From Spirochaetales bacterium (GTDB lineage Bacteria; Spirochaetota; Spirochaetia; UBA9216), in the NCBI GenBank assembly GCA_016839055.1, contig JAEKNX010000014.1, positions 68,051 to 132,050 of the forward strand: DNA of 64,000 bases, in the 5' to 3' direction. This document shows positions 39,563 to 49,807 of this stretch, piece after piece; positions within the stretch are counted from its first letter, which is position 1; every line of letters begins with the position of its first letter. A model generated the notes under the pieces. That model was given only the letters and a program-made list of their open reading frames with translations. It was not told the DNA's origin and did no database searches. Made by a program: the position numbers and the translations under genes.

Positions 39563-40161
39563 CAGATACCCTCCTTCCTGAGTTTTTCGGCCTTCTCTCC
39601 GGCCGAGTTGAAGATCTGCAGAACATAGGCGCTTGTACGGGATGCTCCGGTTATAGCGTCAATCTCGCCGGAAGCCCCGGCCGTCCCTTCGGGTACCATT
39701 CTAAGCGGGAAAGGTTTCCCGCGCATCTGCTCCTTGAACCATGGCTCAGTGATCCTCGCGCCGAGCCCGGGAGTCTCATTCTGCTTTACGAACTCTACCC
39801 CCACAAAGGAGGCCAGATCAGGCGTGAAAGCAGTTACGGCTTCAATTTCTCCCCATAATCCCGGACCGACTATAATAAAAGCATAGGCGGCAATATCTCC
39901 GGAAAGGCCGCTAATTTCGAAAATATCACCGCGTTCAGCCACCCGCTCCTCATAGAGTTCGTTTATCTCCGCATTGGTCTCAGGCAGCTTGATTCCACCT
40001 GCATAGAGGACAGCCTTCTTCAGAAAAAGCCCCTCATTTGCTATAACCAGATCCTGAGTAGACAGATGAATACCGGAGACAATCGCGATACAAATAATAG
40101 TAAGCGCGGCCATGATTATTACCGGCTTAACCCGTTCCGCAAAAAATCCGACTTTTTTCAT
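39562..40161 (-). CDS. nqrC: NqrC/RnfG FMN-binding subunit
   Basis: GLWG, ETPGLG, DAITGAS flavinylation motif. Confidence 0.85.
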   Translation of the reverse strand: MKKVGFFAERVKPVIIMAALTIICIAIVSGIHLSTQDLVIANEGLFLKKAVLYAGGIKLPETNAEINELYEERVAERGDIFEISGLSGDIAAYAFIIVGPGLWGEIEAVTAFTPDLASFVGVEFVKQNETPGLGARITEPWFKEQMRGKPFPLRMVPEGTAGASGEIDAITGASRTSAYVLQIFNSAGEKAEKLRKEGI

Positions 40162-41123
40162 GAGGCTGCCCTCTCTTTTTTCTTCTTCCTTCTTTCCCTC
40201 AGCGCATGATCAAGAAGCGGGGCGAACATGTTCGCAAGCAGAATAGCGAAGGTGACAGCCTCTATCCAGATTGAGAATGTTCTTATCAGAGAAATCAGCA
40301 CCCCAATCAGCAGGCCGTAAATCCACCTGCCCTCATTGGTCGTCTGTGAAGAGGAGATAGGATCGGTTGCCATGAAGACGAGGCCATACATGAGGCTTCC
40401 GCAGAAAAGTCCGTAGACAGGGTTTAGCGCACCGTCTATTCCGCCGAAAAAAAGCGCCGACTGCATGATAAGAAAACCTGCGAGCCCCGCGACCATTATC
40501 CTGAAGTTCGCGGCCTTCTTCACTATAAGAAAAACGGCAGCTGCCGCAATAAGCAGGGCGCTCGTCTCACCGAGTGAACCGGAAACATTGCCGAGAATTA
40601 GATTCAGAAGTGGTACATCAGTCCCGGCGGCCAGGCTGGCAATAGGAGTCGCCCTAGAGACGGCGTCGGCGCCATTGAGCCATACGGCGAATCCTCCAGG
40701 CAGGCCCGCGGCAGGCTGAACAAAGCCTGCTGTCAGAGGTACGCCGAAACTGATGTAGATAAACGCCCTGCCGGAGATGGCGGGGTTAAACACATTCCGG
40801 CCGAAACCACCGAAGACCATCTTCCCAAAGACAACACCGAAGACTATTCCTACCACTGCAATCCAGTAAGGTACGGCCGGCGGCATAGACAGGGCGAACA
40901 GGAAATTCGTAACAAAAACAGCCGAGCTGACCTGCTTTTTATATATTCTGGCAAATATATACTCGCTCAGGAATCCTGCGATATTTACAACTGCCAGAAG
41001 CGATAATGAACGCCAGCCAAACAGATAAATCGATAAGACGGCAAGCGGTATCAGTGCATAAACAACCTGGAACATTACTTTTTGCCGCAGTATCAGCGGT
41101 TTCTTTTTTTGTTCTTTTCCCAT
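40158..41123 (-). CDS. nqrB: NqrB/RnfD family membrane subunit
   Basis: FGGFGRNVFNPA, DAVSRATP, GSLGETS, FMATDP; likely start 41123. Confidence 0.85.
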   Translation of the reverse strand: MGKEQKKKPLILRQKVMFQVVYALIPLAVLSIYLFGWRSLSLLAVVNIAGFLSEYIFARIYKKQVSSAVFVTNFLFALSMPPAVPYWIAVVGIVFGVVFGKMVFGGFGRNVFNPAISGRAFIYISFGVPLTAGFVQPAAGLPGGFAVWLNGADAVSRATPIASLAAGTDVPLLNLILGNVSGSLGETSALLIAAAAVFLIVKKAANFRIMVAGLAGFLIMQSALFFGGIDGALNPVYGLFCGSLMYGLVFMATDPISSSQTTNEGRWIYGLLIGVLISLIRTFSIWIEAVTFAILLANMFAPLLDHALRERRKKKKERAAS

Positions 41124-41408
41124 AGTTTTATATTCATGGATTTTATAGAGAATGTCAAATATAATATTATATAGACAGCAATTCTGAATTTGATCTCTGG
41201 AAGCGGTTGAATAATTATTTAAATGCAAGAAGATTATTTTATTCCTCTTTGCCTTGTTTTTATTAGCTCTAATCCCGCTTCCGGACAGCCTGTACTTCTG
41301 AATTTGGCTGCCTGTGTATGCCGACGCTGCGGGGCCTCGTAACTGTGGAAAACATCTGCGTCTTCGCAGTAGTTTTTAATGGGTACGGGGTGCAGCAAGG
41401 GTCGGATG

Positions 41409-41436
41409 ATTCTAAATTTGCAGCCAAATTTAGAAT
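41409..41436. repeat. 11-bp perfect inverted repeat in the nqr/DRTGG divergent intergenic region
   Basis: ATTCTAAATTT-N6-AAATTTAGAAT. Confidence 0.7.
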
Positions 41437-41543
41437 TGCTGTAATATAGATAATACATACATCTTCAGAACAGTTGACTGCCGCCTGTAAATATAAGAAA
41501 ATAGTAATATAACCGGCCCAAACGGAGCCTCGGGAGAATAACA

Positions 41544-41891
41544 ATGACACTTAATGATATATCCGCCATACTTTCCTGCATTCAGCATAATAAAAACACC
41601 ATTTTCGAGACAGAAGCTGTCGAGCATATTGTCGCTAGTGACCTAATGAGTGAGGTGCTTATTGCGGAAGAGGAGAATCTGCTTCTCATAACGGCGCTAA
41701 ATACTGAACAGACCTTAAGGACGGCACACATCGTGGATGCTCTCGGGGTCGTGCTCGTCAACGGCAAGAGGCCTCAACCAGGGATGATAAGACTTGCGAA
41801 AGAATTCGATCTTGCGCTTTTTACAACCAAGTCATCAATGTTCAAATCATGTGCCGCCGTTCACTCACTGATGAACGGAGACGCTAATTGA
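41544..41891 (+). CDS. DRTGG domain protein
   Basis: ASDLMSEVL, LLITAL. Confidence 0.85.
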   Translation: MTLNDISAILSCIQHNKNTIFETEAVEHIVASDLMSEVLIAEEENLLLITALNTEQTLRTAHIVDALGVVLVNGKRPQPGMIRLAKEFDLALFTTKSSMFKSCAAVHSLMNGDAN

Positions 41892-42820
41892 GAAAACTGA
41901 TTCCTATTTATGAAAACCAAACTCCTCTTGTTGTTCTGGAACTGATTCAGGGTCACAAGATCAAGGAGATCATGTCCGAAAACATTATCACCATAGGCAG
42001 AGACATGACCATGAGGGATGTAAAAATCCTGATGAAGGAGAAAAGCATCAGCGGTGTCCCGGTGATGGACAAAAAACGTCTCATTGGAATTATCAGCGTA
42101 GAAGATCTGCTGAACGCGCTGGAGGATGGGCTCATGGATGATCCTGTCGAGAAGCATATGTCGCGGAACCTCGTCATCCTCGAAGAACAGATGCCGGTGA
42201 GTTTCGCGATTGATTATTTTGAGAATTACAGCTTTAACCGTTTTCCTGTCCTCAATGAGAGGAAAGAACTGGTCGGAATCATCACCAGCCGCGACATCAT
42301 CATCCATATGGTGGCAGTTATGAACCAGGAGATCCGAAGACTCGAAAATCTGGCAAAGCAGGGGGCCCATACTGAAATTGGTGACATTGTCAGGCGGTAC
42401 GCAGTTGTTCAAAACGACTTTAAAAACGCCGGCAAAGCCTCCAGTGAGATTAAAACTATTCTCATCAAGCATCTGGTCGACAGGAAAACCATAAGATCCA
42501 TAGCTACAGCGGTCTATGAGTTGGAGATCAACCAGGTTGTGCATTCGCTGGGCGGTGAAATTCTCTGCCGGATATCGGATAAAAATGTCGAAATACTTGC
42601 CCGCGACCGGGGTCCGGGAATTGAAGACATAGAACTGGCACTCAGCGAAGGCTACTCTACCGCAACCGACTGGATAAGATCGATGGGATTCGGTGCCGGC
42701 ATGGGACTTCCTAATATTCAAAGAGTTTCCGATGAATTTCATATTCAGTCATCAAAAACCGGAACAGAAATTAGAGTAATCATCAATCTCCCTGATGACA
42801 ATAAAATTGAAACAAGTTAA
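41888..42820 (+). CDS. CBS-pair + RsbT-like Ser/Thr kinase (HATPase) fusion
   Basis: SGVPV, NRFPV, GIITSRD; YELEIN, DRGPGI, GFGAGMGLPN. Confidence 0.88.
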   Translation: MRKLIPIYENQTPLVVLELIQGHKIKEIMSENIITIGRDMTMRDVKILMKEKSISGVPVMDKKRLIGIISVEDLLNALEDGLMDDPVEKHMSRNLVILEEQMPVSFAIDYFENYSFNRFPVLNERKELVGIITSRDIIIHMVAVMNQEIRRLENLAKQGAHTEIGDIVRRYAVVQNDFKNAGKASSEIKTILIKHLVDRKTIRSIATAVYELEINQVVHSLGGEILCRISDKNVEILARDRGPGIEDIELALSEGYSTATDWIRSMGFGAGMGLPNIQRVSDEFHIQSSKTGTEIRVIINLPDDNKIETS

Positions 42821-42829
42821 AATAACCCT

Positions 42830-43165
42830 ATGAAAATTAAAGAGTTAAACGAGATTCTCAATTTTGAATTACTTACAACCTGTCCGGACAGCGAGATTGT
42901 AACAGCCTACACCTCTGATCTCCTGAGTGATGTCATGGGAAATGCTCCTGATGATTCGGTGCTGATTACAATTCAGGCTCATAAGAACACTATAGCGGTA
43001 GCATCTCTTGCAGGAATCAACGCGGTAATTCTGTGCAACAACAGAAAAGCGCCTGAAGACATGCTCCCAGCGGCTGAAAAAGAGGAGATTGCCGTCCTGA
43101 GCACAGGACTCAACCAGTTTGATACCTCAATTGCCGTTGGACGCGCGCTGGAACTCTGTAAATAA
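42830..43165 (+). CDS. DRTGG domain protein
   Basis: TSDLLSDVMGNA, ITIQAHKN. Confidence 0.85.
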   Translation: MKIKELNEILNFELLTTCPDSEIVTAYTSDLLSDVMGNAPDDSVLITIQAHKNTIAVASLAGINAVILCNNRKAPEDMLPAAEKEEIAVLSTGLNQFDTSIAVGRALELCK

Positions 43166-43171
43166 AACGGT

Positions 43172-43870
43172 TTGCCACGGTTAAAAACAGACCTTCATAT
43201 CCACAGCTGCCTCAGCCCCTGCGGCGCTCTTGAAATGTCTCCAATTGCGATTGCGAGGCAAGCCTTGGGCAGAGGTCTTGATTCGGCTGCTATCACCGAC
43301 CATAACTCTGCTCTCAACTGCAGGGCCTTCGCTGCCTGCTGCCGAAAGCTGGGCATCCTGCCGATCTTCGGCATTGAAGTTACCAGTATAGAAGAGGCCC
43401 ACGTTCTCTGTCTGTTTGAAAATGTCGAGCAGGCCGAGACCCTCGGGGGAATTATCTATGAGAAACTTCCTGACATACCCAACATCCCTGAGAAATTCGG
43501 CGATCAGGTCTATGTAGACGAGGAGGAGAACATTCTTGGTGAAGTTGATAAGTATCTGGTATCGGCGGCCGATATCAGTCTTGACGAACTACTCCTTATA
43601 GTCCGGGAATTAAACGGACTTTTCATACCGGCGCACATCGACAAACCAGTATTCAGCATTCCTTCCCAGCTGGGCTTCCTTCCTGAGATGGATTATGACG
43701 CGCTGGAAACAACAGTAATTCCATGTCCTGTTCAAACAGGTGACTGGACTCTCATCCAAAACTCAGACGCGCATTATCTTGAGGACATAGGAAAACGCTA
43801 TACTATATATGATACTAAATCAGTCTCATTCCCCGGGATCCGTACCGCTATCCATACAAAGAATATTTAA
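43172..43870 (+). CDS. PHP-domain metal-dependent phosphoesterase
   Basis: DLHIHSCLSPC, ITDHN, PAHID, NSDAH. Confidence 0.9.
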   Translation: MPRLKTDLHIHSCLSPCGALEMSPIAIARQALGRGLDSAAITDHNSALNCRAFAACCRKLGILPIFGIEVTSIEEAHVLCLFENVEQAETLGGIIYEKLPDIPNIPEKFGDQVYVDEEENILGEVDKYLVSAADISLDELLLIVRELNGLFIPAHIDKPVFSIPSQLGFLPEMDYDALETTVIPCPVQTGDWTLIQNSDAHYLEDIGKRYTIYDTKSVSFPGIRTAIHTKNI

Positions 43871-43879
43871 GCAATAGAT

Positions 43880-43914
43880 TTGTAATAGCCATAAATTATG
43901 TTTATACTGTACAT
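43880..43914 (+). promoter_or_regulatory. sigma70 promoter, probably leaderless transcript
   Basis: TTGTAA-17-TATACT-6nt-ATG, no SD. Confidence 0.55.
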
Positions 43915-45753
43915 ATGGAAAGTATTTCAGCGGATATATCAGATTTTTTCAGAATACTCGATCAAGTCTCTGATCCCGTGTTCCTGATTGGCACCGATTT
44001 CAAATTTATCTGGTCAAATAGAGCATACTGCAGCTACATAGGGCTCAACTCTGAAAAAATTATTTCGATGAAACTTGAGAATGTGATTCCAGCCGAGTAC
44101 TGTCCTGTTTTAAAAAAAAAATTTCTAAGCATTTCTAAAGAAAATCCGGAAATCGATAACACTTATCCGTCGGTATTAACAAACGGCTCAATCATTGTTG
44201 AGAAATGGCATAACGAAGGAATATTCGATTCTGACGGAAAATTAAAATATTATTATTGTATAGCAACACTTGGAAATTCAAAAAAGGAACCTTTAAATCT
44301 CAACGTCAGTGATCTAATTTCAAATACTCTTGTCAAATCGTCTATTCTCGGAATTATAATTGCAGTAGACGGCAAGATACTTTTTACAAACCAGAAGGTA
44401 TATAACCTTCTATGCCTGGAAGCCTGCAATTCGCTTGACAATCACAGGGTTGATACCCTTTTAAAATCCATCTTCCCGGCCATGTACAAGAAGATTCTCG
44501 GCAATGACAAAATTGAAGAGGCTGAAAGCCTTGAGGTCATGATTAAAACATCCGGTGGAGAGCGATGGCTCTCAATTATCCGAAAATATCAGCTGCACAA
44601 TAAGAGAATGGTTCTCCTTTTGCTCATTGAAGATGTAACCGCCAGAAAAATGAATGAACTGGAAATACAGAGGGCAAAAAACAACCTGTCAGATGTAATG
44701 CGTATTGCGAAAATAGGCTCCTGGGAAAAAGATTTCAAGAATGACTGCTGGATATGGTCTAATGAAATTTACAATATCTTCGGCATTACCCGCGGAACAA
44801 AAATAACAGAAAAACTGCTCAAAAGATACACCGATAAGGACTCCATGAATAAGCGGACAGAAAGAATGACTTCAGCTTTCTCATCAGAAGAAGAACTTTT
44901 TTCATATCATATTGAATACCGGATACTGCCGCAGAACGATGAACCTAAATGGATTTCGGGTGAATCATTCTATAGACAAGCTGAAAACGGAAGTCCTCCC
45001 AGGTTTTACGGATGGGTCCAGGATATAACAGAACGAAAAAAGGTTGAAGAAACCTTAAAACAGGCAAAGGAAAAAGCGGAAGCATCAGAGCTCCTGAAAA
45101 CAGCCTTCCTAGCCAACATGAGCCATGAGATCAGAACCCCGCTCAACGCTATTCTGGGATTCTCAGATCTTCTCACTAAAACTACTTCGGCCGAAGAACA
45201 ACAGAAGTTCAAAAAAATAATCAATCAGAGCAGCAGGCTTCTACTTAATATAATTAATGATATCCTGGATATTTCCACTATTGATTCTGGGAACTTTGAA
45301 CTATTCTATGAGAAAATCAGAATCAGTAAGCTGCTGACCGAGCTGGAAAATTTTTATTCAGAACATGAGGATGAAAACGTAAGACTGATAATACAGAAAT
45401 TTGATAATAAATCAAAATTCTCGATCGATCGGGAGCGATTGAAACAGATACTCATTAATCTGATAAACAATGCCTATAAATATACAAAAGAAGGCACAAT
45501 CACAGTCTCCTGCAGAATAAACACCAAAGCTGACCAGCTTGTGTTTTCGGTTATAGATACCGGTGTCGGCATTGAAACCGGAATGCATCACAATATATTC
45601 GAGCGGTTCTACCAGGTTGACGGCTTCAGTAAGGGCACCGGCCTGGGACTATCAATATCAAGATCGCTAATAACACAGATGGGCGGAGAAATTTCAGTTA
45701 AATCCGCCCTCGGACAAGGTTCGCAATTCACTATTACTCTTCCTATCAAATAA
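43915..45753 (+). CDS. Cytoplasmic multi-PAS sensor histidine kinase
   Basis: PAS/PAC (EDVTARK, QDITERK), MSHEIRTPLNAI, NLINNA, DTGVG, GTGLGL. Confidence 0.92.
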   Translation: MESISADISDFFRILDQVSDPVFLIGTDFKFIWSNRAYCSYIGLNSEKIISMKLENVIPAEYCPVLKKKFLSISKENPEIDNTYPSVLTNGSIIVEKWHNEGIFDSDGKLKYYYCIATLGNSKKEPLNLNVSDLISNTLVKSSILGIIIAVDGKILFTNQKVYNLLCLEACNSLDNHRVDTLLKSIFPAMYKKILGNDKIEEAESLEVMIKTSGGERWLSIIRKYQLHNKRMVLLLLIEDVTARKMNELEIQRAKNNLSDVMRIAKIGSWEKDFKNDCWIWSNEIYNIFGITRGTKITEKLLKRYTDKDSMNKRTERMTSAFSSEEELFSYHIEYRILPQNDEPKWISGESFYRQAENGSPPRFYGWVQDITERKKVEETLKQAKEKAEASELLKTAFLANMSHEIRTPLNAILGFSDLLTKTTSAEEQQKFKKIINQSSRLLLNIINDILDISTIDSGNFELFYEKIRISKLLTELENFYSEHEDENVRLIIQKFDNKSKFSIDRERLKQILINLINNAYKYTKEGTITVSCRINTKADQLVFSVIDTGVGIETGMHHNIFERFYQVDGFSKGTGLGLSISRSLITQMGGEISVKSALGQGSQFTITLPIK

Positions 45754-45756
45754 AAC

Positions 45757-45786
45757 GACAGCCCCGAAACAAGTTTCGGGGCTGTC
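45757..45786. terminator. Bidirectional terminator hairpin
   Basis: GACAGCCCCGAAAC-AA-GTTTCGGGGCTGTC between convergent genes. Confidence 0.8.
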
Positions 45787-45842
45787 TTATATAATGGTTT
45801 CCGGCAGCCACGCTCACCGGAAAACCTAGTCTCTCAAGAAGC

Positions 45843-47594
45843 TTACTTCTGATAAACCTTCCTAGGAGTGTAATGCGTATGAAGAAGATGATGCGACTTC
45901 TTTGAAAGAGGCGCCTCAAGATAATCAGCGTAGATCTTAGTGATATCAGGATTCTGGTGTGAACACCTGATAGTACTCTGCTCATCATCTTTATAGAGAC
46001 CGGCGATTCTCTGATCTCGCACTTCATCCTCAGTTCCATAGGGCTGACCGCCTCCGGCAATACAACCACCGCGGCAAGCCATAACCTCAACAAAATGATA
46101 GGGAGGTTCTGCTCCTGCTTCTTTCGCTACTCTTATTTCATCAAGAACGGCCTTAACGTTTGCCATTCCGTGAGCAACGGCAACCTTAACCTTAGTTCCC
46201 TTGATGTCAACAACGCCCGTCTTAACACCGTCCATACCGCGAACAGCCTCAATATTAACATCGGCAAGCTCTTCCTTGGTAATCAGGTAGTAGGCGGACC
46301 TCACTGCAGCTTCCATAACACCGCCGGTGACGCCGAAGATTGTACCAGCACCCGTATAGGCTCCAATTGGGCTGTCGCATTCTTCGGGCTCGAGATTTGC
46401 AAAGTCAACTCCGGCTGTCTTGATAAGTCTTGCAAGCTCACGTGTAGTAAGAACAAGATCGACATCATCAACACCCGATGACTGCATGTTTTCATCTCTG
46501 ATTCTTTCAAACTTCTTGGCTGTGCAGGGCATTATAGCAACCGAGTAAATATCCTTGGGAGCGATACCCTTGTTCTCAGCGTAGTAAGTCTTTGTAATTG
46601 CGCCCTGCATCATCATCGGAGACTTTGCAGTTGAGAAGTTAGGAATCATATCCGGATAATACTTCTCCATGTAGTCGGTCCATGCAGGACAGCAGGAAGT
46701 AAGCTGGGGCAGAGCACCCTTTCCGTTCACAACTCTTTCAACAAACTCCGAACCTTCTTCCATTATTGTAAGGTCGGCTGAGAAGTTCGTATCAAAAACT
46801 GCGTCGACGCCAAGGCGTCTGAGGGCTGCATAAATCTTTCCAGTAACAATTTCACCAGGAGCCATATTAAAGGCTTCACCGATGGCAACACGAACGGCCG
46901 GAGCCATCTGTACCGCAACATGCTTGGACTTATCCATGATAGCATCCATGAGCTGGGCTGTTTCGTCCTTCTCATAGATTGCCCCTACCGGACAATGCGC
47001 TGAACACTGACCGCACTTGATACACGGGCTATCGTTTAATAGAAGACCCGAAACAGGCATTAGGCGGGTGCCTTCGCCGCGTCCGATGAACTCGAGGGCC
47101 CATACATCCTGAAGCTGCTGACAAACTTGCGCACATCTGCCGCACTGGATACATTTTGACGGGTCGAGAACGATTGACGGAGTTGATTCATCTTTTGGAA
47201 GTCTCTTAACATTTCTGTCAAAGGGGATCTCCCTGATTCCGTATTCAGATGCGAGTCTCTGGAGTTCACAAGACAGATTCCTCGCGCATGTGAGACATTC
47301 CTGAGGATGATCCGCAAGGGTCAGCTCAATAACTGTCTTTCTGATTGTATGAATCTCAGGATCATTGGTTATATAGTTCTGTCCTTCGGTAACAAGGGTC
47401 GAACATGCTCTGGCCATCCTGGGATTTCCCTCGATTTTGACAACGCAAATTCCGCAGGCTGCCCAGGGTTCGAGGTCCGAATGGTAGCAAAGTGTCGGGA
47501 TTTTTGATCCGGCAAGCTTTGCGGCTTTTAAAATCGAAGTGCCTGCGGGGACACTGATTGGTCTACCGTTTATCTTTATATCTACAGTACTCAC
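45843..47594 (-). CDS. hydA: [FeFe]-hydrogenase catalytic subunit (group A3, HydA/HndD)
   Basis: H-cluster motifs TSCCPAW, MPCTAKKFE, EVMACRGGCIAGGGQP; N-terminal Fe-S motifs. Confidence 0.96.
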   Translation of the reverse strand: MSTVDIKINGRPISVPAGTSILKAAKLAGSKIPTLCYHSDLEPWAACGICVVKIEGNPRMARACSTLVTEGQNYITNDPEIHTIRKTVIELTLADHPQECLTCARNLSCELQRLASEYGIREIPFDRNVKRLPKDESTPSIVLDPSKCIQCGRCAQVCQQLQDVWALEFIGRGEGTRLMPVSGLLLNDSPCIKCGQCSAHCPVGAIYEKDETAQLMDAIMDKSKHVAVQMAPAVRVAIGEAFNMAPGEIVTGKIYAALRRLGVDAVFDTNFSADLTIMEEGSEFVERVVNGKGALPQLTSCCPAWTDYMEKYYPDMIPNFSTAKSPMMMQGAITKTYYAENKGIAPKDIYSVAIMPCTAKKFERIRDENMQSSGVDDVDLVLTTRELARLIKTAGVDFANLEPEECDSPIGAYTGAGTIFGVTGGVMEAAVRSAYYLITKEELADVNIEAVRGMDGVKTGVVDIKGTKVKVAVAHGMANVKAVLDEIRVAKEAGAEPPYHFVEVMACRGGCIAGGGQPYGTEDEVRDQRIAGLYKDDEQSTIRCSHQNPDITKIYADYLEAPLSKKSHHLLHTHYTPRKVYQK

Positions 47595-47609
47595 TGGTAT
47601 TCTCCTTAA

Positions 47610-49403
47610 TTAGCGCTTGGAAATGGCACCGAATTTACAGCTCGCGAAACATTCACCGCATTTTGTGCACTCTGCCTGGTCAATAAGATGAGGGAGCTTT
47701 CTCTCTCCACTGATACATTTAACAGGACATTTTCTTGCACAGACAGTACAACCTATACACTTTTCAGGATCGATGGTGAACTGTACTAGGTCCTTACATT
47801 TTCCAGCCTTACAGATCTTCTGATCAATATGCTCTAGGTATTCTTCCCTGAAATATTTAAGTGTTGAAAGAATAGGATTGGGAGCTGTCTGTCCAAGACC
47901 GCAGAGAGCAGCCTTCTTCATTGCATTTCCGATAACCTCGAGGTTTTCAAGGTCCTTGTGTGTTCCCTTTCCTTTCGAAATCTTGTCGAGAATATCGTAA
48001 AGCTTTCTTGTTCCGATTCTGCAAGGGGCACATTTTCCGCATGATTCATCAACACAGAAATCCTGATAGAACTTTGTTATGTTGACTATACAGTCATCTT
48101 CATCCATGACAATCATTCCGCCTGATCCCATCATTGAACCGATAGCAGTAAGCTGGTCGAAGTCAATTGGAGTATCAAGGAACTCAGAGGTTATTACACC
48201 GCCTGAAGGACCGCCGGTCTGGACTGCCTTAAATGCCTTGCCGTCCTTGATTCCACCGCCGATGTCGAAGACAATCTCGCGGAGGGTTGTTCCCATCGGA
48301 ACTTCCACAAGACCGGAGTTTGCAATCTTACCTGTGAGCGCGAATACCTTTGTTCCTGATGAACGTTCGGTGCCGATTGAACGGAACCATTCGCCGCCCT
48401 TGATGATAATCATAGGAATATTAGCCCAGGTTTCAACGTTGTTGATAACTGTCGGCTTTCCCCATAGACCTTCAACAGCCGGGAATGGCGGTTTTGGAGT
48501 CGGCATTCCTCTGCCGCCTTCAATGGAACGAAGCAGCGCAGTCTCTTCACCGCAGACAAAGGCTCCGGCTCCGAGCCTAATCTCGAAATCAAAGTTAAAT
48601 CCGCTTCCGAGGATATCATTTCCAAGTAGCCCATAGTCACGCGCCTGCGCGATTGCTATCTCGAGTCTCTCGATTGCAAGCGGATACTCAGCCCTTATAT
48701 AAATAACACCTTTATCAGCACCCACGGCATAGCCTGCAATAGTCATTGCCTCAAGCACTGAATGCGGGTCACCCTCAAGGGTACTTCGGTCCATGTATGC
48801 GCCGGGATCGCCCTCATCGGCATTACAGACGATGTACTTCTGATCACTTACAACCTGCTTGGAAAAGTTCCATTTCATCCAGGTCGGAAAACCGGCACCG
48901 CCGCGGCCTCTGAGGCCTGATTCCTTGAGCTCGTTTATTACATCATCAGGACTCATGTCGAAGAGAACCTTCTCAAGAGCAGCATAGCCTTCACGGGCAA
49001 TATATTCATCAATCTTCTCAGGATCGATGAATCCGCAATTTCGCAGGACTATTCTAACCTGTTTCTGATAAAACTTGATGTTCTCTATATCAAAACCATC
49101 TTTATTCTGTTCTTTTTCATCAACGTAGAGGAGTCTTTTGACCATTCGTCCCTTTACGATAGATTCTGATATAATTTCCTTTGCATCTTCCGGGACAACT
49201 TGAACGTAAAATGCTTCCTCAGGAAGAATTTTAACAATCGGTCCTTTTTCACAAAAACCGAAACAACCGGTTTTTACTATCTGTACTTCATCAGCTACAC
49301 CCTGAGCTTCTGCCTCAGATGTGAGCGCATTGAAGATTTCAGTCGCTTTGCTTGATTCGCAGGCTGTTCCGCCGCAAACAAGTATATAATTCTTAACTGC
49401 CAT
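47610..49403 (-). CDS. hydB: NuoF-like NADH/FMN subunit (HydB/HndC)
   Basis: GRGGAGFP, NADEGDPG, CGEETAL, ESCGKCAPCR, C-terminal 2x[4Fe-4S]. Confidence 0.95.
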   Translation of the reverse strand: MAVKNYILVCGGTACESSKATEIFNALTSEAEAQGVADEVQIVKTGCFGFCEKGPIVKILPEEAFYVQVVPEDAKEIISESIVKGRMVKRLLYVDEKEQNKDGFDIENIKFYQKQVRIVLRNCGFIDPEKIDEYIAREGYAALEKVLFDMSPDDVINELKESGLRGRGGAGFPTWMKWNFSKQVVSDQKYIVCNADEGDPGAYMDRSTLEGDPHSVLEAMTIAGYAVGADKGVIYIRAEYPLAIERLEIAIAQARDYGLLGNDILGSGFNFDFEIRLGAGAFVCGEETALLRSIEGGRGMPTPKPPFPAVEGLWGKPTVINNVETWANIPMIIIKGGEWFRSIGTERSSGTKVFALTGKIANSGLVEVPMGTTLREIVFDIGGGIKDGKAFKAVQTGGPSGGVITSEFLDTPIDFDQLTAIGSMMGSGGMIVMDEDDCIVNITKFYQDFCVDESCGKCAPCRIGTRKLYDILDKISKGKGTHKDLENLEVIGNAMKKAALCGLGQTAPNPILSTLKYFREEYLEHIDQKICKAGKCKDLVQFTIDPEKCIGCTVCARKCPVKCISGERKLPHLIDQAECTKCGECFASCKFGAISKR

Positions 49404-49414
49404 CCTAACCTCCG

Positions 49415-49807
49415 TTATTTCTTGACTATGTCTGCAGCAGGTCTGTCAAAAATATGATTATCCACCAGCTTACCGCCAAGAACATGTTCCTTGATTATCT
49501 TACGGGCAGTTTCAACATTCACATTTCCGTAGATTGTATCAGGCATTCCGGGCACCTTAACCTCAACTGTAGGCTCAACATAACACAGGCCCATACAACC
49601 GGTCTGTTTTACAGTTACGTTTTTGATTTTATTTTTCTCTATTTCATCCAGAAATGCGTCTAGCGATCCCTTAGCTCCGGCAGCTATTCCGCAGGTACCC
49701 ATACCAATAATTATATGTATACTCTTCCCTTCAGTATCTCTCTTATCAAGCTCACCTTTTTTACTGTCTCTGAGCTTTCTCAGTTCTTCCAGGGTCATTT
49801 TAGCCAT
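49415..49807 (-). CDS. Thioredoxin-like [2Fe-2S] subunit (HydD/HndB)
   Basis: GMGTCGIAAGA, TGCMGLC..EP. Confidence 0.9.
   Translation of the reverse strand: MAKMTLEELRKLRDSKKGELDKRDTEGKSIHIIIGMGTCGIAAGAKGSLDAFLDEIEKNKIKNVTVKQTGCMGLCYVEPTVEVKVPGMPDTIYGNVNVETARKIIKEHVLGGKLVDNHIFDRPAADIVKK

Noticed and set aside
41861-42742. 293-aa minus-strand ORF
   Set aside because: Fully antisense to the well-supported CBS-kinase gene and has no motifs.
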